This document shows, piece after piece, positions 10,490 to 20,832 of a DNA stretch of 24,886 bases. Below the pieces are notes generated by a model. It was not told the origin of the DNA. It did not search any database and saw nothing but the letters and a program-made list of their open reading frames with translations. The translations under genes and the position numbers were made by a program. Every line of letters starts with the position of its first letter. Position 1 is the first letter of the stretch. Location: positions 6,437,277 through 6,462,162 of the forward strand of contig NC_057753.1 in assembly GCF_004010195.1 (NCBI RefSeq), in the 5' to 3' direction. The stretch is from Chiloscyllium plagiosum. Its lineage: Eukaryota.

Positions 10490-13400
10490 TCTGCGAGTGG
10501 AGATGAACACGTGGCTGAAGAGCTGACTTAGGATAGAAGTCTTCCCATATGTGGACCATTTGCATACCTTCTGAGGTTGAGGGCATCTGTACTAGAAGAA
10601 CGAGTTGCACTTGAACTGGAGGGCACCAATATCCGGGGAGGAAGTTTGTGAGAGCTTTTCCAGAGAGTTTATACTAGTTTGGCAGGGGGATAGTGACAGG
10701 ATCGACTGATCACAAAATGGGGTAAGTGAGGAACATGCATATGCACTGTGCAGAGTCTGTGAGGAGTGTTAGACTTTGGGGAGAGCAAAGTTGCATTCCG
10801 GGTGATGGTTTGCTGTGTATCTATTTTGATGCAAGAAGTGTCAGGAAAGTGGGTGTTCGTCCTATTGCATGGATCAGTACGTGAAGGAATGGTGTTGCGG
10901 ACATTTCGAAGACATAAATGTCAGAGGAGCAGGAAAGGATTTTGGATGTTCTACAATTTTGATGTTTTAGAAGGAGACGCGAGAGACGAAAAAGAAAAAG
11001 TGAAGTGGCATAGTTAATCAGGAGTAGGTTTACAGTAGCAGAAACGGAGGTCGTTGACGGCGGTTTGTCAGCTGAATCAGGAAAAGTTGAGGTGAGAAAC
11101 ATGAAAAGAGCATTAATTTCATTGGGAAGCTTCTTTCGACCCACAAATAGCAACAGTGAAACGAAGGGTCTGATTGGGAGTCAAACTTGCAAATGTGCAG
11201 CAGTAACAGTGTTGTTGTCGTGGTGGTTTCAACTTCCCTAATATTGATTCAAACCTGCTTAGTGCAAATATTTTGGATAGAGCAGATTTTGACGGGTGGG
11301 TCAAGGAAGGATTGGTGAATCAACATGGAGAGAATGTCATACGAATGGACACCATATTGGATTTGCTTTTTTTTTGGCAACGAGCCAAATCGAATGTCAA
11401 ATTTCACGGTGACAGAGCATCTTGCTGATCGTGATCACGACACCCTAACCTTTGAAATAGTCATGGAGTGGTATACGAGCAGGCAGTGGGAAAGTGTATT
11501 TAATGAGGTTGCGTGGGATTAAAAAGTTAATAGGCAGGAATTTTGGATCATAAATTGGGAGCACGTATTCTCAGAGAAATACACGACAGAAATGTGAAGA
11601 TTATTCATGGAGGGCTTGCAGTATGTGCTGGATAGGTTTCTCACCCTGAAGCAGGAATGAATAGCAGTGTGAAGGAATCTTTGATGAAAGAGCTTTGGGT
11701 TATCTAGTCAGGAGGAAGAAGGACGCTTATTCAAGTTTGAGGAAGCAAGGAATAGACAGGGGACTAGAAAGTTATAAGGTTGTTAGGAAGGAACTGAAGA
11801 CATGATTTGGCAGCACTGGAAGAGGACGAAAAATGTTCAGTGGGTAAGACTATGGAAAATCAGAAGGCGTAAGACCCTGATGTGAGAAACAAGATGACGG
11901 GCAGAGTGAGGGTCGGGCCGATCAAGGACAGTGAAGGGCACTTGTGCCTGGTGTCAGAGGAAGAAGGGAAGGTCATTAATTAATACATTGCTTCAATGTT
12001 TACTCCTGAGAGGGAATTTATGCATTATGAGGACAATGTGAAACAGGCTGATATGCTCTAACAGGTTCATGTTAAGAAGGAGAATGTACTGGAAGTTTTG
12101 AAAAACACGAGAATAGGTCAGTCCACCTAGCCAAACGGGATATACCCAAGGTTAATATGGGAGCCAACGTCTTTGGGGATAATACTTGCATCCTCGCTCT
12201 TCACTAGAGTCGGAAACAATAAAGGGAATGTTTTTCTCTTCTTCAAGAAACGGAATAGGGCTTAGCCTGGGAATTACAGAACAAGCAATCTTTCGTCGAC
12301 GATGCACAAATTCTTGAAGTCAATTCTGAGAGACAGGATTTAAGATTATTTGGAAAAGTACAGCTTTATTCGAGATAGTCGGCATGATTTCCAGAAGGTC
12401 AGGTCATGCCTCATAAATCTTGTTGAATTCTTTAAGAATGTGACAAAACGCATTGATGACATAAGGAGAGTGCATGTCTTGTGTGTGAATTTCAGCAAAG
12501 TGTTCAAGAAGTTTCCCCATTGTCGCCTCATTCAGAAAGTAAGGAGGCACGGGAGACAGGGAAATTTGGTTGCCTGGAGAAAGAACAGGGTGGCACATAG
12601 AAGACAGAGGATGGTAGTAGATGGAAATTATTCAGTCTGGAGTTCAGGGAATAATGGTGTTCGGCATGCATCTGCTGTGGGACCTCTGCTCTTTATGATC
12701 TTCGTATTTGACTTGAATGAGGGAGCGGAAGAGAGCTTTAGGAAGTTTGCCAATAATGCAAAGCTTGGGGGAGGCATGGATCGCGTAGATGGCTGTTATC
12801 AGTCGCAACGGGGCATTGGCAGATACAGAGCTGAACTGATCACTGCCAGATGGAGTTTAATCAGGAGAAGTGCAAAGTGATTCATTTTACAACTTCGAAT
12901 TTCAAGGCAGATTACAGGGTTTAGTGAGGATTCGTGTCAGTGTGGAGCAGCTGACGGACCATGAGGTCCACGTACATAAACCAGCATCTGTAGTGATCAA
13001 ATTCTTCTATTGTATCTTGTTCTGGTAGCTTCATTATAGGAAGGATATGGAAGAATTAAATAGGATTGTGAGGAAATAATCAAGGATGCTGCCTCCACTG
13101 AAGGGCTTGTCCTGTGAAGAAATCTTGAGGGAGCTTGGGATTTTTTTATTGAAGTGAAAAAGGATAAGAGGTGACTTAACAAATGTACACAAGATGACGA
13201 GGAGCACAGTTAGAGTGGATAGTCAGACTTCATTGTTTCCCAGTGCGGAAATGGGTATCAGAAGGGGACATGATATTTGCGTGTTTGGAGGAAGGTTTTG
13301 AGGATACGTCAGAGGTTGTTTCTGTACGCAGACGGTGGTAGGTGTTTGGAATACACTGCCAGCAGTGATGGAAGAGTCAGATACATCAGGGAAAATTAAG

Positions 13401-13546
13401 TGACTCTCGGATCGTTACATGGATCTTAGGAAAATGTCGGGCATGTAGGTTCGTTTGATCTGAGCTGAGGTTAAAATGTTCGCATAGCATCGAGTGGTGA
13501 AGGCAGATACTGTGCTGTACTGTCCTGTCCTATGTTCTATGTCCTG
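10490..13546 (+). mobile_element. Degenerate CR1 LINE from ORF1 esterase through APE, RT and 3' tail
   Basis: 10510-10635 encodes the WLKS...LHLNWRGTNI esterase relic, and an APE start is at ~10810. ORF 12350-12880 has HDFQKVRSCLINLVEFF, VNFSKVFKKFPH and FANNAKLGG (RT). The tail GTCCTATGTTCTATGTCCT ends at ~13546. Confidence 0.92.
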
Positions 13547-13616
13547 ACGTGTAGCATTAATGCAGACTACCCTATAAAATACTATGATGCTGATCTCTCA
13601 TTTTCCTCCTTTGTAG

Positions 13617-13819
13617 GAGAAATTCCACACCAATTAATGATAGAGGGAGCAATGAAGGGAAATTCTTCTCACTTTTCATCAATGCAAAGAAATCTATATT
13701 TCAGTGAAAGTGAAGAGAACGATTCTAAATCTTGTCACACATATTGCGGATTTCAGACAATTCCAGCGTATCACGTGACTTCAATTGACAAAAATGAATC
13801 ATCATTTAAGTGGGCAAAG
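13617..13819 (+). other. Exon-like segment of unknown identity
   Basis: Strong acceptor (ttttcctcctttgtag|13617), plausible donor (AAG|gtactc), and one frame open throughout (part of ORF 13532-13885). No confident protein match. Confidence 0.25.
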
Positions 13820-14554
13820 GTACTCTTGGTGCTCTTTGATAAGCATTTATGCAATAGTGAAAAGATTGGGATGCAAAAACTATAAGTGCTAAGTAGATTT
13901 TCTAAACTTCTCTCATTTTCTCAATCTTTTCTATTTTGTCACTTCCCAAGTTTCATTGACATATCAATTCCCGCTCAGGGATTGATATATTGTGCAATAA
14001 CAGAGATAATGCTCACGCTGTGAATCCAAATTGATCACTGAAGTTTATAGACACACTCAGCATCATCTGTAACTGGGTGTGGGGTAGGAGGAGGGCAGGA
14101 GACCAGAGATAGAGTGGGGGAAGGACCGAAGAATGACACTTTCCGTGTACAAAAAGATTGAACTGAATTAGAGTGTCAAAACAGACGGAACTCCAGCTTC
14201 TATTGTCCATTTTTGATAATAGCTTTTTCTGTTTTCTGTCCCTTTAGATGTTAACCTCAGAGAGCAGTTTTTCTTAGTCAAATACTGCTCAATCTCTAGT
14301 AATTTCAACTCTTCTTGTCCATAAATCTTAACCAAATGCATTCTTCTACTCACAAAAGCAGCTTCATTAACACTTTCGTGGGCTGACTCTTTCTACAGGT
14401 CGATTGCAGTTCCTGCTTTTGGCTATAATGATCTCTAACCTGCAGAATACACAAATTCTTACTTCAAAGAGAGGAAAAACGGAAAACTTTTTTTTTCCTG
14501 TTTTGGCGCATGGCGAGTGTTGTAAGTATTATGCAGACTAACACTTGTTACAAT

Positions 14555-14735
14555 TACACTGGTCGGAAAATGTTTGAAAACATGTCAGATTTTATAAGTA
14601 TGATCACATTGACATCAACTGATTTATGTGAGATAATCAACATGGTTTTCTTTCGGGAATTTCGTGTCTGCTGTACTTGGCTACCTTTATGGAAAGAAGA
14701 AGAATGGTCAATGAAGGAAATGTTGGTGATGAGAA
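14555..14735 (+). mobile_element. Very old CR1 RT fragment
   Basis: GATAATCAACATGGTTTTCTTTCGGGAATTTCGTGTCTG reads DNQHGFLSGISCL, the CR1 QHGF..G.SCL motif, and is followed by an NEGNVGD relic of DEG.AVDV. Confidence 0.6.
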
Positions 14736-14869
14736 ACAATTGGATGAACAGAAGATTTGGGAATGACTTTGATCAAAGTAACTCAGTTGAGAATGTGTCA
14801 AAATAAAAACCTCAATCTCATGGTTTTCAGCTACGTTTCTTGTCAGATTTACTGGCTCATACATTCATT

Positions 14870-16290
14870 GGATAGAAGAGAAGAATTAAGTAATTTGTCC
14901 CTAAGGCTCTGCCCACCATTCGATTACGGCTGCCGTGTTTCTCAAGCAAAAACTTCTATATAATGCATAATCCCTTTACCAAATAACAACCTGACCACCT
15001 CCATCTTGTATACACGACATAAGTTGGCCATCCGCAGCCCATTGCAGCAGTGCGTGCCTTAGATTAATCAACCACTGGCTGAAGAGGTCCTTCATCACTT
15101 CAGCTTTACATTGTCATCCTTTATTTATGGCACTAACCTCAGGAAATAGTCTCTCGTAATAGTGGGAACATCTTCCCCATGTCCAAACCAAAGAGGTCTC
15201 TCAGTATGCTACAAGCTCCAATCTGAATATGCCCGCTACCACCTAACATCCTTTTAATCTTAATGACACACCCTTCCTCCCTGGGTTTATTTGTGCAATC
15301 ATCGTTTGCACCCGTCCAACGACAACATATCTTTCCTTACATATGGGTAGAATAATGAGTACAATATCACAAGTTATTTTGACCCGAGCTCTATACAGCT
15401 TCAACAGTACGTCGCTACTCTTGTATTATAGCATTCTTTAAATGAATGCCGACGATATGTTTGCGATCCTGTCAACTGAGCTATAGCTTTAAAAAAATCC
15501 TGAAATAGCATCCCCCCAAAGCAAATTTTGCAGCTCAAATTTTCTATAGAATTTCTCTATGCGGAAAATATTCTACTCCCTCTATTTTCCCGTCAAAAAT
15601 GCAAAAACTCTCACCTTGCCTCATCGTTTTTCATTATTTGCATACTCGCCTCACATGTCCGTTCCCTTCAACCTTTTGGTTGCTTCCTCAACACTATTTA
15701 CGTTTGTGTCAGCTGCACAATCAGCTACAATGCCCTCAGTTCCTTTGTCCCCTTTGTGTACCGTGAATAGTTTCAGTCCAAACACTGTCCACTAAATTCC
15801 AATAGCCATCAAATGCAACCCAGTAAAATACTTCTTCTTCCCAATCTCTGTCCTCTACCAGTCAGACAATTCCCTCTCCGTGCTTGAACCTTCCCCCTAA
15901 CATCACGTGTTCGCTATTATCTTGTTTAACCGCCTCCTGTGCGACACGTTGTCAAAGGCCTTCTGAGAATCGAACTAGATTCACGTTAATTGGTTCTCCT
16001 TTGCTTAATCTGGTCGTTACCTGCTCAAAGACATCTAGCAGATACGTTCAGGCGGGATCTCCCTTTCACGAAGTTGAACTGGTCCAGTCATATTCTACCA
16101 TGCGCTTCCAAATACACCAGAATGGCCATTTAAGACTGGACACTAACATTTTCTTAGCGATCAACTTCAGGCTACATAACCTCGAGAGTTGTGTCTTCTT
16201 CCTCCAGCCCTTCATAAATACGGTTGGTATGTTAACAATTTTCTCGTCCTCTGTGATCCACTCTGATTCCTGAAAGATCACCACTAACGC
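14870..16290 (-). mobile_element. Degenerate CR1 LINE 3' part (RT + 3' region)
   Basis: Reverse complement shows SQKAFDNVSHRR (~15930-15967) and ESEWITEDEKIVNIPTVFMKGWRK..SLKLI (ORF 16066-16338). A CR1-type 3' end lies near 14870-14940. Confidence 0.8.
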
Positions 16291-16319
16291 CTCTATGAAC
16301 ACAATGGAACAAATGGCTT

Positions 16320-16589
16320 CGTTATGTATTGTAAACATTGTTGTATTACTGAGCGATACAGGACATTCATGTCATCAAAGAAGTATGAAGGAATCTGACA
16401 GGTTTTCCTGTCAATTCACCATCGCAGTATCAGACGATTGGGTTGATATCTCAATAGAGAGAGATCAGAGGTATTGGTTTAACCGGAGCGTCACGAGATT
16501 TGCCGGGGTGAAGAGAGGTTGAGAATGAGTGTCTTTCGTTGTGTGTAGAAAGAGCCCACGTTGTTGGCACCACATTGCTTTACATAACA
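16320..16589. mobile_element. Candidate solo LTR or short TIR element
   Basis: Perfect 8-bp terminal inverted repeat GTTATGTA (16321-16328) / TACATAAC (16581-16588). The right end is CA and the left end is CG instead of TG. Flanks GCTT/GCTG are a 3/4 match. Confidence 0.35.
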
Positions 16590-16789
16590 GCTGCTCAGCC
16601 AACTGAGGTAAACTGACAACTGTCATATTACACTGATAATAAGAACATATTAAAATGTACTGACAGACTCGAGATTGTTAATATGGAAAGCTCCTTCGAA
16701 AATGAGTTTCTGGGGGATCCTCATTGGCAATAATCTCGCCATAAATGTCAAAAGGATGAAGGATCTGTTCATTTACTTCAGTAAGTGGA

Positions 16790-17450
16790 ATTGAGAGCAC
16801 GTCAATGCCTGCGTCAACAGTGCTAAGATATCAATAGTCGACAGGGAGTTCCTGGTCAATCTACGTCGATTGTATGGTCAAGTAAAAAAACATTAACGCT
16901 TCAACCAGCTCAGTCGACCAAGAGATATTCGGCATTTCCATAAAGACTCTTAACGGAATTTCATTGTATAGATTCACTATAGAAAGCATCCTGTCTGAAT
17001 GCATCACAGTGTGGTATGGCAACTGTTGTTACCAAGACTGCAGAGAGTCGTGAAGGGAATCCAATCGATTACAGCCCTCAGTCTCTTGACTCCATCTATG
17101 CTTCCGGATTCCTTGGGAGAACAACCAGCATTGTCAAAAACGTCTCTCATGCGGGGTCCAATCGCTGGTTAGAAGATATAAACGTTTGAATAAGCGTGGG
17201 GACAGATTCACGAATCGCTTCTTCCCCATTCTTATCATACTTTTGAACCGACCTCTCAATGATAATATTGATCTCTCTCTCTCTCCCCCACCCACTTTCT
17301 CTCTCTCTCGCTCTCTCTCTCTTTCTCTCTTTCGATCTGCACTCGTACTGCTACCCTGATGAATCGTATATGGTACGATTTGCTCAACACAAAACAACTT
17401 TTTCAGTGTATCTCGATACATGTGATAATAATAAATCAAATCACATCACA
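16790..17450 (+). mobile_element. Rex1/Babar-type non-LTR retrotransposon 3' fragment
   Basis: Decayed FG.S.KTL..YRFTIESILSECITVWYGNC motif (16928-17027), typical of the Rex1/Babar RT C-terminus. It ends with AATAAA and an (AAATC)n-like tail at ~17429-17450. Confidence 0.8.
17272..17331. repeat. Interrupted (CT)n microsatellite
   Basis: CT dinucleotide runs are directly visible. Confidence 0.9.
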
Positions 17451-17677
17451 ACACTGGTCAATTGTTTTTCCTGGTTATTCACAAAATGGAATTTGCAGAC
17501 GGCAAAAAGCCAGCCAAATCATTCCAAGTGAGGAATAAGCTTATAGAATTATCTGTTTAGTTGGTTAGAAATACCGCCTGATATTATTCAATCTGAAAAA
17601 TGCTCGGATTGAGAACAGATCGTTTGCTGAAGATCTGTCATCCTGACCACCGTCTGATTAACGCTTAAAATACTAAA

Positions 17678-17769
17678 TTTTATTCGTTTGTTGGACTTCA
17701 GCATCGCTGGCTGGCCAGCATGGATAGCCCACACCTATTTGCTCTTGAGCAGGTGGTGCTGAGTTGCCC
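17678..17769 (-). mobile_element. Short 3'-tail fragment of a CR1-like LINE/SINE family
   Basis: CATCGCTGGCTGGCCAGCAT...GCCCA..CCTA.TTGC resembles a common shark retroposon tail in reverse. A second copy lies at ~21294-21356. Confidence 0.65.
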
Positions 17770-17947
17770 TACGTTTGAAATAGGATTTACTCAACATTGA
17801 TACTGAGATTAAAATCAGACATTTAATGCATTGCCTGAGTTAAAATGACAACTATTATTAGATAGGCTGACATCACCTTGAGAATGTATTTCTGGGATTT
17901 CCATATTAAAGAACCTAAAACACCATATTCTATTCTAAAAGAAGAAA

Positions 17948-18447
17948 NNNNNNNNNNNNNNNNNNNNNNNNNNNNNNNNNNNNNNNNNNNNNNNNNNNNN
18001 NNNNNNNNNNNNNNNNNNNNNNNNNNNNNNNNNNNNNNNNNNNNNNNNNNNNNNNNNNNNNNNNNNNNNNNNNNNNNNNNNNNNNNNNNNNNNNNNNNNN
18101 NNNNNNNNNNNNNNNNNNNNNNNNNNNNNNNNNNNNNNNNNNNNNNNNNNNNNNNNNNNNNNNNNNNNNNNNNNNNNNNNNNNNNNNNNNNNNNNNNNNN
18201 NNNNNNNNNNNNNNNNNNNNNNNNNNNNNNNNNNNNNNNNNNNNNNNNNNNNNNNNNNNNNNNNNNNNNNNNNNNNNNNNNNNNNNNNNNNNNNNNNNNN
18301 NNNNNNNNNNNNNNNNNNNNNNNNNNNNNNNNNNNNNNNNNNNNNNNNNNNNNNNNNNNNNNNNNNNNNNNNNNNNNNNNNNNNNNNNNNNNNNNNNNNN
18401 NNNNNNNNNNNNNNNNNNNNNNNNNNNNNNNNNNNNNNNNNNNNNNN
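17948..18447. other. Assembly gap (500 N)
   Basis: Exactly 500 Ns, a round placeholder size, so the true distance across it is unknown. Confidence 1.
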
Positions 18448-18639
18448 CCTTGTGGAAAGATGTCAATAAGCAACATTTCTTTCAACTTCCGATTATAGCA
18501 AAATGTACAAGTTCCCTGTCCCGACTGTTCCAAACACGCAGATGAGATACAGCGCTAATATGAAACAATGATTATGCTGACTGCATTCATTTCATTCCAT
18601 TGTCTCCGATGAAACTGTCTGATATTATATCAGAATATT

Positions 18640-19115
18640 TTCAGACGAACATAATCTAATTCGTTATTGTGAAAATCGCTGACCTCCAACACTGTGTCGT
18701 GTCATCTGTTGCTGCAACCCTCACACATGCGTTAGTTCAGTTTGTAATTGATAACTACAATGTTCCCTTGATTGATCTGGCATTTTTCAAGCACATCTGC
18801 ATTTGATTATGCAAAACCTCAATCAAACCAATTCCAGTTTGCCAATAAGCAGCATCTTTATTTATCTTCAATGGCTTCAGGTGCGACAATCTGCCAATTT
18901 TAAAATCAAACCTTAATTTCAAATTCTTTATGACATCCCCACTGTCCCCATTTCTCGAAGGTTCCTTGTGCCACAATGTGAATTTCCCTATTTTAATCTA
19001 TTAATCATGATAATCGTTGCTTTCAGCTGATCCGTTATGAAATTTTGAAGCCATCCCAATTTAACCCATTGCTAATCCTCCTTAAGATGCTCCTTGAAAT
19101 CTCCCACTTTGAAAA
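18640..19115 (+). mobile_element. Old L2 LINE 3' fragment (tail may extend to ~19262)
   Basis: GCTGCAACCCTCACACATGCGTT resembles L2 AETLIHAF. AATTTTAAAATC...TTCAAAT, GCTTTCAGCTG and TCCTCCTTAAGATGCTCCTTGAAA...TTTGA follow the order of the L2 3' end as recalled. Confidence 0.65.
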
Positions 19116-19117
19116 AC

Positions 19118-19411
19118 AACGTTATTAAAATTACAGAATATTCAATTACTTAACTTTATGATTATATCATTAGTAGTCAACGCGTGGGTGTATTTGTGAG
19201 TTTTGGTAACGTTGAAACAATTGAATCCGTTAATCAGTTGTTCCTGATCATGCAAGTTGTGATATCCAAATTGCTCCTCATCACTTCCAAAATTAATCTC
19301 GCTGCTTGTGGTTAGATGCTGCACTAAGAATAGGAACTGTCAGAATATTTTAATTATTTGAAAGTCTCCCGTTATCTGCCATGGGCAATCCTCCATATTG
19401 TTTTGCATCGT
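19118..19411 (-). pseudogene. Possible heavily decayed trypsin-family (S1) serine protease relic
   Basis: One frame reads DCPWQI...IF*...FGYHNLHDQE...HKYTHALTTNDIIIKLSN*IFCNFNNVV, with motif spacing like trypsin. CGG and AAHC are not intact, and the segment overlaps a possible L2 tail. Confidence 0.35.
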
Positions 19412-19937
19412 CAGCTCGGTCAAGCAACAGTATGGTCAAATAAGCTGCCATTTGAATCAGCTTGTGTTTTCAAATTCCCCTTCAGGCAAGCATGGACAAT
19501 TCAAGGAACTATAAAATATACTTTAGCTATCCAGTGATACATTTTAAGGCAGTACTAAACCTGCCATTTCCTTCACCTGCGTTCGTTGTTAGTATCGCAT
19601 CCATGCAGAGAAATCAATTCTTACAGAAAAGGCACAATTTTTTCAGCATTCAGTCTTGGAGTACGTTAGAAATCATGAACCTATATTGCCAGGGATGTGC
19701 AAGGATTAAAGTATTTCTTAATGTTTGTAATCTTTCCAAAATGTTCTATCTTTACAGACAAAGGTCAACCAAAAACACGGGCTTCGTTTCTGTACTTAAG
19801 GACATTGTGGGTTATTCCACATTTCTAAGTTATCGCTGACAGTCAATAACTTTGAACTCGTAACCTCTAAGTAAACGATGTTATTCCATAATCCACTTAT
19901 AGCAGTCCCCCAAATAACCATTGAAACGTATTAGTTG

Positions 19938-20032
19938 TATATGTATATATATATATATACATATATGTGCACACACACAAACACACGCATATATATATAA
20001 TAATAATATGCAGTTATGTAGGGAGAGAGAGA
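19938..20032. repeat. Compound microsatellite (TA)n/(CA)n/(TAA)n/(GA)n
   Basis: Directly visible. Confidence 0.9.
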
Positions 20033-20763
20033 AAAAAACTGGGCGGCGTTACAGTTACCCACAGAGTGCACTGAACTGTTGTCTTTTATCAAGAGCATTT
20101 GGCTGCTGTTGAGCACATCTCCAGCTCCTTTTTGTTTGCTTGCAAAAGACAGAGCATCATACTGTAACAAAGGAACAAAAGAAAGACCTTCAGTCCAACT
20201 AGTTCCTACCGCCCATAATTACAAACTGGACAGGTCACTTCTGCCTGGAATGGGCCCATACGGCTCCGAAACTTTCCTATTCATGGAAATATCCAAACGT
20301 CTTTTTAACATTGCAATGGAACCCGCACACATGACCTGACCTGCCAATTCATTCTGCACACAGGCCATCCTCTATGCAAAATATACCCCCCCATGTCTTT
20401 GCAGATCTTTCATCTCACCTTAAAATTTTACCCTCCAGTCTCAAAATACCCCCGGTCAAGCAGAAGATCACCTAGCATTAAATGTAGCGATACATCTCAT
20501 GATTTTATACACCTATAAGGTCGCAGACCACTTCTTCGGCTCCAGTGAAAATAAATACTCAGCCTTTCCAGTTACTCCTGAGAAGTCAAAGGTTCCATAA
20601 TCCTCAGCATCCTTGTATAAAAAAAAATGCTGAACTCTCCAAACTTCATTATAAAGCATTCCAATAAGAGGAACAATTGAGGACTGCAGAATCTGGGGAT
20701 CAGAGTCAAAACTTGTGTTGCTGGAAAAGCACAGCCGGTCAGACAGCATCCGAGGAGCAGGAG

Positions 20764-20799
20764 AACCTACGTTTCTAGCAGAAGCACTTCCTCAGGAAT
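20764..20799 (-). ncRNA. Minimal hammerhead-ribozyme-like motif (core intact, stem II degraded)
   Basis: The minus strand reads ATTC-CTGAGGA-AGTGCTTCTGCTA-GAAAC-GTA: CUGANGA and GAAA boxes, a GUH triplet and a palindromic ACGT helix III. Confidence 0.6.
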
Positions 20800-20801
20800 G
20801 C

Positions 20802-20832
20802 GTGATGAAGAGCTTATGCTCAAAACGTTGAC
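20802..20832 (+). ncRNA. Degenerate minimal hammerhead-ribozyme-like motif (stem II intact, core mutated)
   Basis: GTGATGA-A-GAGC-TTAT-GCTC-AAAAC-GTT: a perfect 4-bp stem II, with C3>G and G12>A substitutions in the core. Confidence 0.5.

Noticed and set aside
17823..18533. Three long ORFs (178-236 aa)
   Set aside because: They are artefacts of translating through the 500-N gap.
18755..18976. CLKNARSIK in a minus ORF, resembling the CR1 endonuclease start
   Set aside because: The plus strand matches an L2 3' region over a longer stretch, so the motif is probably coincidental.
20030..20100. Minus-strand LIKDN...AAQFF resembling protease WVLTAAHCF
   Set aside because: It requires an insertion and several indels, lacks His and Cys, and runs into a microsatellite.
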